From: Octopus sinensis
Lineage: Eukaryota
DNA length: 64,000 bases
Direction of reading: 5' to 3'
NCBI RefSeq assembly: GCF_006345805.1
Contig: NC_043019.1
Span: 4,277,360 to 4,341,359, forward strand
The number at the start of each line of letters is the position of its first letter. Positions within the stretch are counted from its first letter, which is position 1. Shown here piece after piece: positions 53,401 to 61,554 of this stretch. Both the position numbers and the translations under genes were made by a program. The notes under the pieces were generated by a model, which saw only the letters and a program-made list of their open reading frames with translations, had not been told where the DNA came from and did no database searches.

Positions 53401-54965
53401 TGTTTAACTTGGTGAATGCTGCCATAATCTTTGCCTTCAGTTCATCTTTGGCATTACAAGGAATTTTGTTTGTCTCTTGCTTAACTGTGCCCCACACATA
53501 ATAATCAAAGGGGTTGTAATCTGGGGAGCTATGTAGCCAGATGTTAGGGGTAGTGTGGTCGCAGAAATTGTCTGACAGCCATGGCAGGGTTCTCCTGCTT
53601 GTACGGCATGGTGCAGAGTCCTGTTGCCAGAAAACAAGGTCTTCCAGTAGTCACCCTCTTGACCCAGGGCAGCACTACCTCTTCCAGGAACTTGATGATG
53701 TAGGCCTCTCTGTTGAGTCAGAAGCTATGTGGGAAGATGAATGGAGGCACAACGTCAACATCGCTGGTGATCACTCTAAACACTATGATGTTGACTGGAT
53801 GTTTGATTATCGTAACCCTCGGTACATGTTTTGAGGAAATAGCAAGCCGATGGTTGTTCTGTCAGATGAGTGAAACAAGCAAATATTTAAAGAATATATG
53901 TAATATATACTCTTTTACTCTCTCTCTTTTACTCTTACTTGTTTCAGTCATTTGACTGCGGCCATGCTGGAGCACCGCCTTTAGTCGAGCAAATCGACCC
54001 TGGGACTTATTCTTTGTAAGCCCAATACTTATTCTATCGGTCTCTTTTTGCCGAACCGCTAAGTGACGGGGACGTAAACACACCAGCATCGGTTGTCAAG
54101 CGATGGTGGGGCGACAAACACAGACACACAAACATATACACACACATATATATATATATACATATATACGACAGGCTTCTTTCAGTTTCCGTCTACCAAA
54201 TCCACTCACAAGGCATTGGTCGGCCCGAGGCTATAGCAGAAGACACTTGCCTGATGCCACGCAGTGGGACTGAACCCGGAACCATGTGGTTGGTAAGCAA
54301 GCTACTTACCACGCAGCCACTCCTGCGCCTATATATATATATTATATGTGGAAGCACTTTTCTTAGTGGTTAGGCTGTCAGCATCATGATCGTAAGGTTG
54401 TGGTTTCGATGCTTGGACCGGGCGACACATTGTGTTCTTGAGCAAAACACTTCATTTCACATTGCTCCAGTTCACTCAGTTGGCAAAATATGAGTAACGC
54501 TGCAATGGACTGGCGTCCCTTCCAGCTGGGGAACACATACGCCATTGAAACCGGGAGACGGGGCTCATGAGCCTGGCTAGGCTTTAAATGGGCACATTTA
54601 TTTGTTTTATATATATATATAGTTGAAAAGGGGTTAAGAATTCATACAAATCAAAAGTTATAGTTAGAAAGTAAAGGGAGAAACAACAGATGAGTATCTT
54701 TCTTTTTCTCTTTTTTTTATTTGTTTCAGTCATTTGACTGCAGCCATGCTGGAGCACCACTCTTAGTCAGGGAAATCAAGACCATTACTTTTTCTTTGTA
54801 AGCCTAGTACTTATTCTATCGGTCTCTCTTGCCAAACTGCTAAGTGACGGGTACATAAACACACCAGCATCGGTTGTCAAGCGATGTTGGGGGGGGACAA
54901 ACACAGACACACAAACACACACACACACCATATATATATATTATATATATATATGTATATATATT

Positions 54966-55063
<98 letters not shown>

Positions 55064-56967
55064 ACATATATATATTATATATATATATATACATATATAT
55101 ATCTACATATACATATATATATATACATATATATATAATATATATATATATATATACATATATAATATATATATATATAATATATATATATACATATAAT
55201 ATAATATATATATATTATTATACATATATATATACATATATATATACATATATATATACATATATAATATATACATTATATATATATATATATATACCAT
55301 ATATATAGATATATATATATATATATATTACGACGGCCGTTTTTTTCAGTTTCCGTCTACACAAATCCACTCACAAGGCCTTGGTTGGCCCGAGGCTATA
55401 GTAGAAGACACTTGCCCAAGGTGCCACGCAGTGGGACTGAACCGGGAACCATGTGGTTGGTAAGCAAGCTACTTACCACACAGCCACTCCCGCGTCTTTT
55501 TATATATAAAAAATTTTGCTAATAATAATAAATCTCTGAGCGTGGTATAAATAGTAGCTGCAACTCATCGTGAAGTATATTTGCCATTTAAATATGGCTA
55601 ACCCGTAAGGGTGGATGCTACTGTAGCTTGTAGCCCCTGGAGGACACCTCCTCCTGCTGGCTATAGACACACTTTCTGGCCTATCAGTATTTGCAAAGGG
55701 AAGTCATCGTTCCTGTCTTCAACATATGATACACACTAATAATATTACCAAGTCAAAGATGCTATCCGTATATGCGTTTTTTCTCAGTCCGAACAGAAAG
55801 AACTATGGGTCAAGTTTCATATTGCGAACATGTATGCTCTTTTCATACAGCAAATCTAAGAAGATTTGCACAGGAGTGGCTATGTGGTAAGTAGCTTGCT
55901 AACCAACCACATGGTTCCGGGTTCAGTCCCGCTGTGTGGCATCTTGGGCAAGTGTCTTCTGCTATAGCCCCGGGCCGACCAATGCCTTGTGGGTGGATTT
56001 GGTAGACGGAAACTGAAAGAAGCTTGTCGTATATATGTATATATATATATATTGTGTGTGTGTGCGTGTGTGTGTTTGTGTGTCTGTGTTTGTCCCCCTA
56101 GCATTGCTTGACAACCGAAGCTGGTGTGTTTACGTCCCTGTCACTTAGCGGTTCGGCAAAAAGAGACCGATAGAATAAGTACCCGGCTTACAAAGAATAA
56201 GTCCTGGGGTCGATTAGCTCGACTAAAGGCGGTGCTCCAGCATGGCCGCAGTCAAATGACTGAAACAAGTAAAAGAGTAAAGAGTAAAGAGTAAGGCCTT
56301 TTTATTTTATCTATATTTTTTTTTTTGTTTGTCATTCTTATTTTCCTTCCAGAAACCGCACTGAGATTCCTCTCGAAATCGAAAGCCATTCTAAAGAAAC
56401 AAAGTTGGCACCATCTGATTACTTCTGAACTGTTGAACCAGACTGGTCAAGTGTATTTGAGGATGTAAGTACTCCTCATTTGGTCTGTCGTATTAGTGAA
56501 GTATCTTTATTTAGCCATTGGTCAAGTTATTTGAGAATTTGTTTTTATTTGACCAACTAAATTTTATGGTCAAGGTCAAAGTATTTGAAAATGTGGTGAT
56601 TGTATTGCTCAAATCCCATTTGAAAATGTAATTACCTTAATTAGGCCAACCACTCTAGTCAAGTGTGTTAGCTCCACTATTCTCGTAGCACCACCACCAC
56701 CACCACCACTACCATCACAACCACTACCATCACAACCACACATGACTATCACTGCTACTCACTCAATACCAGCAAACATTAAGTGCTACATGCTGTTGCT
56801 GCTGCTGCTACTATGTCTACTACTACTACTAGTAGTACACTATCACTACTGCTACTACTACTATTACTACTACTGCTGCAGCTGCTAGTACTACTAGTAT
56901 AATACCACTGCTGTTACTACTACTAGTACCACCAGCAGCAGCAGCAGCACTAGCGCCACCACCACTA

Positions 56968-57000
<33 letters not shown>

Positions 57001-57137
57001 CACCACTACTACCACCACCACTACCACCACCACTACCACCATACCACTACTACTACTACCACCACCACCACTACTACTACCACCACCACCACTACTACCA
57101 CCACCACCACCACTACCACCACCACTACCACCATACC

Positions 57138-57172
<35 letters not shown>

Positions 57173-58629
57173 AGCTGCTGCTAACAATATCAGTGCCAAA
57201 AAAGCTGACAGCGAGGTCTCACTGCACTTGCCTACAAAAAATAGCAGCCAAATCGCCTTCCAGACACATTTTTTATCATCACCATCATCACCATCATTAT
57301 CATTATCGTCATGATCATATCATTATCATCATCTTCATTGTCACATGCTATCACATACGCACGCACGCACACCTTCATTTTGGGATCACTACTACTTTAT
57401 TATCTCCCCTTCTTCCTAGCTCTCCTGTCTGACCACCTCCTTCTGGCCATTGCCATGATTGACCACTAGCTACTAAAGCTTTCTTTTTTTATTCTCCCTC
57501 TGTCTATTTCCTCGTGTTCCTTTCTGCTGAAGAGCGTAGGCTCAAAACATAAAAGACTTTCTCACCTTCCCGAGCGTTAAACTATTACACCTGCTTGTCG
57601 TTTACACACCTGTCTTCATCTTTTGCTTTTTGTAAATCTCAACTCAATATAGTTGTCACCATCACCAGCACTTATAACAACAGCAGCAGTACCACTGCTA
57701 CCACTACCACTATCACTGTTGACATCATCATCATCACCACCACCGCCACCATCACTATTACTACTATGACCATCAAAATCCCTACTATTACCTATTTCTT
57801 TACTACTCACAAGGGGCTACATCACCACAACTGCAATCACAACCACCACCACCACCGCCTCCACTACCATCTCTATCACCATCACCACAACTGCGACCAT
57901 GACCCCCACCCCCACCACCACTGCCTCTACTACCATCTCTATCACCATCACCACAACTGCAACCACGACGACAACGACCACCACCACCACTGCCTCCACT
58001 ACCATCTCTATCACCATCACCACAACTACCACCACCAAAACCACCACCACCACCACGACCACCAAAACCACCACCACTGCCTCCACTACCATCTCTATCA
58101 CCATCACCACAACTGCGACCATGACCACCACCACCACCACCACCACCACAACCACCACCACCGCCTCCACTACCATCTCTATCACCATCACCACAACTGC
58201 CACCACAGCGACCACCACCACCACCAACACCATCAACCCCCACCTCTATGCTCTGCTATTCATTAACCTTACCTTATCGTATTACAGGCATGACATGAGC
58301 AGTGCTCTACAAGCATTCCTGGAGTCGTTGTACATCTACAACAAGATCGATCCCAACAACAGTGCCAAAATCGAGGTTCTTAACATCGTTGCCCACTGCA
58401 GTCTTCTTCAAGAGTCATTCGATAATGCCAGGGAATATTTCCAGGATGTTCTGCAAGTCAACCCCAAAGCAACTATGAGCTGTGTCCTAGAAGTTGAAGG
58501 TTACGCAATAGCTATGGAACATCTTGTCTACCTTAGTTTTGAGAGTTGTGAGGTATGGAAAATCACTGGGCTTTGTTGTTTGTTGTTTGCTTCAATAGTT
58601 GTTGTAGTTGTTGTTGCTGATGATATCAC

Positions 58630-58669
<40 letters not shown>

Positions 58670-58860
58670 TCTTTTACTTGTTTCAGTCATTTGACTGCGG
58701 CCATGCTGGAGCACTGCCTTTAGTCGAGCAAATCGACCCCGGGACTTATTCTTTGTAAGCCCAGTACTTATTCTATCGGTCTCTTTTGCCGAACCGCTAA
58801 GTGACGGCGACTTAACACACCAGCATCGGTTGTCAAGCAATGCTAGGGGGACAAACACAA

Positions 58861-58897
<37 letters not shown>

Positions 58898-60519
58898 CAT
58901 ATATATGACAGGCTTCTTCCAGTTTCCGTTTACCAAATCCACTCACAAGGCTTTGGTCGGCCCGAGGCTATAGTAGAAGACACTTGCCCAAGATGCCACG
59001 CAGTGGGACTGAACCCTGAACCATGTGGTTGGTAAGCAAGCTACTTACCACACAGCCACTCCTACGCCTATATATATACAAAAAAGGGTGAATAAATTTC
59101 GCCTAGTAGATTTTTCGGTATGAAAAAGACCATATTTGGTAAGAATTATATTAATTATAATAAAGGGTTAATTGCAACAAGTTGCTCAAAACCACATACC
59201 GAAAATATTAGAAATAGATCACTATTTCTCCTACTAGTAAAAAAGTTTCCACAAACAAACAGAATTTATAACCCGTATATATATATATAAGAGAAAGAAA
59301 ATAACGAAATCCCAGCCTATTGGATTAATTATAGATGAATCGTTTCTGGACTAGAACCAAAGTTCATTTCCTTGTTAATATAATATTTCCTATAAATCTA
59401 GAAATGCTTGGAAAAAAACTCACCCATTACACCTGCTCGATCAGGCGACATTGAACGATCTAACGGTCCGCTAGCATCTCTACATTTATGGAGACTTTTT
59501 TATTAGTAGGAGAAATAGTGATCTATTTGGCTGCTATTTCTAATATTTTCGGTATGTGGTTTTGAACAACTTGTTCCACTTAACCCTTTATTATAATTAA
59601 TAAGGGTTATATATATATATATATATATATCCACATCTTTGTCTATATATATACATTCTCTTGAATGTTGCCACTTGATATGAAAATGTTTGTATTAATG
59701 GAAGACCTCTATAATTGGCTGATGAGTGCTCAGCATTTTAAAGCTGTTGTAATACTTACAACATTTAATAAAATGATGTAGTACGAAACGATCGTACCAG
59801 GAGTGGCTGTGTGGTAAGTAGCTTGCTAACCAACCACATGGTTCCGGGTTCAGTCCCGCTGCATGGCATCTTGGGCAAGTGTCTTCTGCTATAGCCCCGG
59901 GCCGACCAATGCCTTGTGAGTGGATTTGGTAGACGGAAACTGAAAGAAGCCTGTCGTATATATGTATATATATATAAGTGTGTGTGTATATGTTTGTGTG
60001 TCTGTGTTTGTCTCCCTAGCATTGCTTGACAACCGATGCTTGTGTGTTTACGTCCCCCGTCACCTAGCGGTTCGGCAAAAGAGACCGATAGAATAAGTAC
60101 TGGGCTTACAAAGAATAAGTCCCAGGGTCGATTTGCTCGACTAAAGGCGGTGCTCCAGCATGGCCACAGTCAAATGACTGAAACAAGTAAAAGAGTAAAA
60201 GAGTATATATATATATAAGTTCAGCAAAAATTTAGATTTAAATGAATATGGTACTTAATTTAGATGCACCAGAATTCTGTATGGTGTTATCCATAAAAAT
60301 CCGTGGAGTGATTATAATCAAAATAAGCAACAAAAATGACTCTGGTAATTTGGTACGATCGTTTCGTACTACATCATTTTATTAAATGTTGTAAGTATTA
60401 CAACAGTTTTAAAATGCTGAGCACTCATCAGCCAATTATAGAGGTTTTCCATTAATACAAAAATTTTCATATCAAGTGGCAACATTCTAGAGAAGGTATA
60501 TATATAGACAAAGATGTGG

Positions 60520-60554
<35 letters not shown>

Positions 60555-60993
60555 TCATGCAGACATGGCTGTGTGGTAAGAAGCTTGCTTTCTAACCCCA
60601 TGGTTCCAGGTTCAGTCCCACTTCTGGAACTTTGGGGAAAGTGTCATTTATTATAGCTGTGGGCTGACTAAAGCTTTGTGAGTGGATTTGGTAGATGGAA
60701 ACTGAAAGAAGCTCATTGGTGGTATGCATCTCTTAGATACCCTAAATTATAATTTTAATAATAATGATTACCTTTGAAGGTTTTTATTCCCATGCTAGCC
60801 ACCTGATAAGATTGGTATTTAAATAATGATCTTATCCTTATTTATATAAATTTATATATTTATTTTGTCATTATATTCACTGCGGTGGTATTTTGGCCAT
60901 ATCACATGAGGAGATTTAGGCGGGCAATTTAAACTGGTCATGTGCATACGTGCATATATATGTATGTATACATTCGTATATGTAAGTATATCG

Positions 60994-61031
<38 letters not shown>

Positions 61032-61290
61032 TATCTTTGTATTTATGTGCTATCTGAGTATATTCCACTGATGAAGGCAGAGCATTTCTTATGCAGAGCC
61101 AGAAATCCTGCGGCCTTAAGTCGAGCAAATCGACCCCAGGACTTATTCTCTGTAAGCCTAGTACTTATTCTATCGGTCTCTTTTGCTGAACCGCTAAGTT
61201 ACGGGGACGTAAACACGCCAGCATCGGTTGTCAAGCAATGTTGTGGGGGGGGGGACAAACACAGAAAACAAATACACACACACACACACA

Positions 61291-61340
<50 letters not shown>

Positions 61341-61512
61341 ATAATAATAATATTAGGGAGTAAATCCAAACTTACAGGGAAAAATTAGATTTAGGATTAA
61401 ATCTAATTTTACGGTATAAATATATATATATATATATTAAATTTATTTTGTTTCTATGTTTTTGTTTATGTTTTTCACTGTTTGATTTGCCTAATAGTGG
61501 TTTTATCTCTAA

Positions 61513-61554
<42 letters not shown>

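Larger units (their letters stand above)
59631..60519. repeat. Inverted pair of ~170-bp arms (hammerheads converging) with a SINE inserted between them
   Basis: 59631-59799 is the reverse complement of 60351-60519. Confidence 0.9.

Noticed and set aside
57595-58266. His-, Thr- and Gly-rich ORFs (223, 146 and 139 aa)
   Set aside because: (CAC)n-derived; only 58288-58552 of the overlapping 57899 ORF is a real exon.
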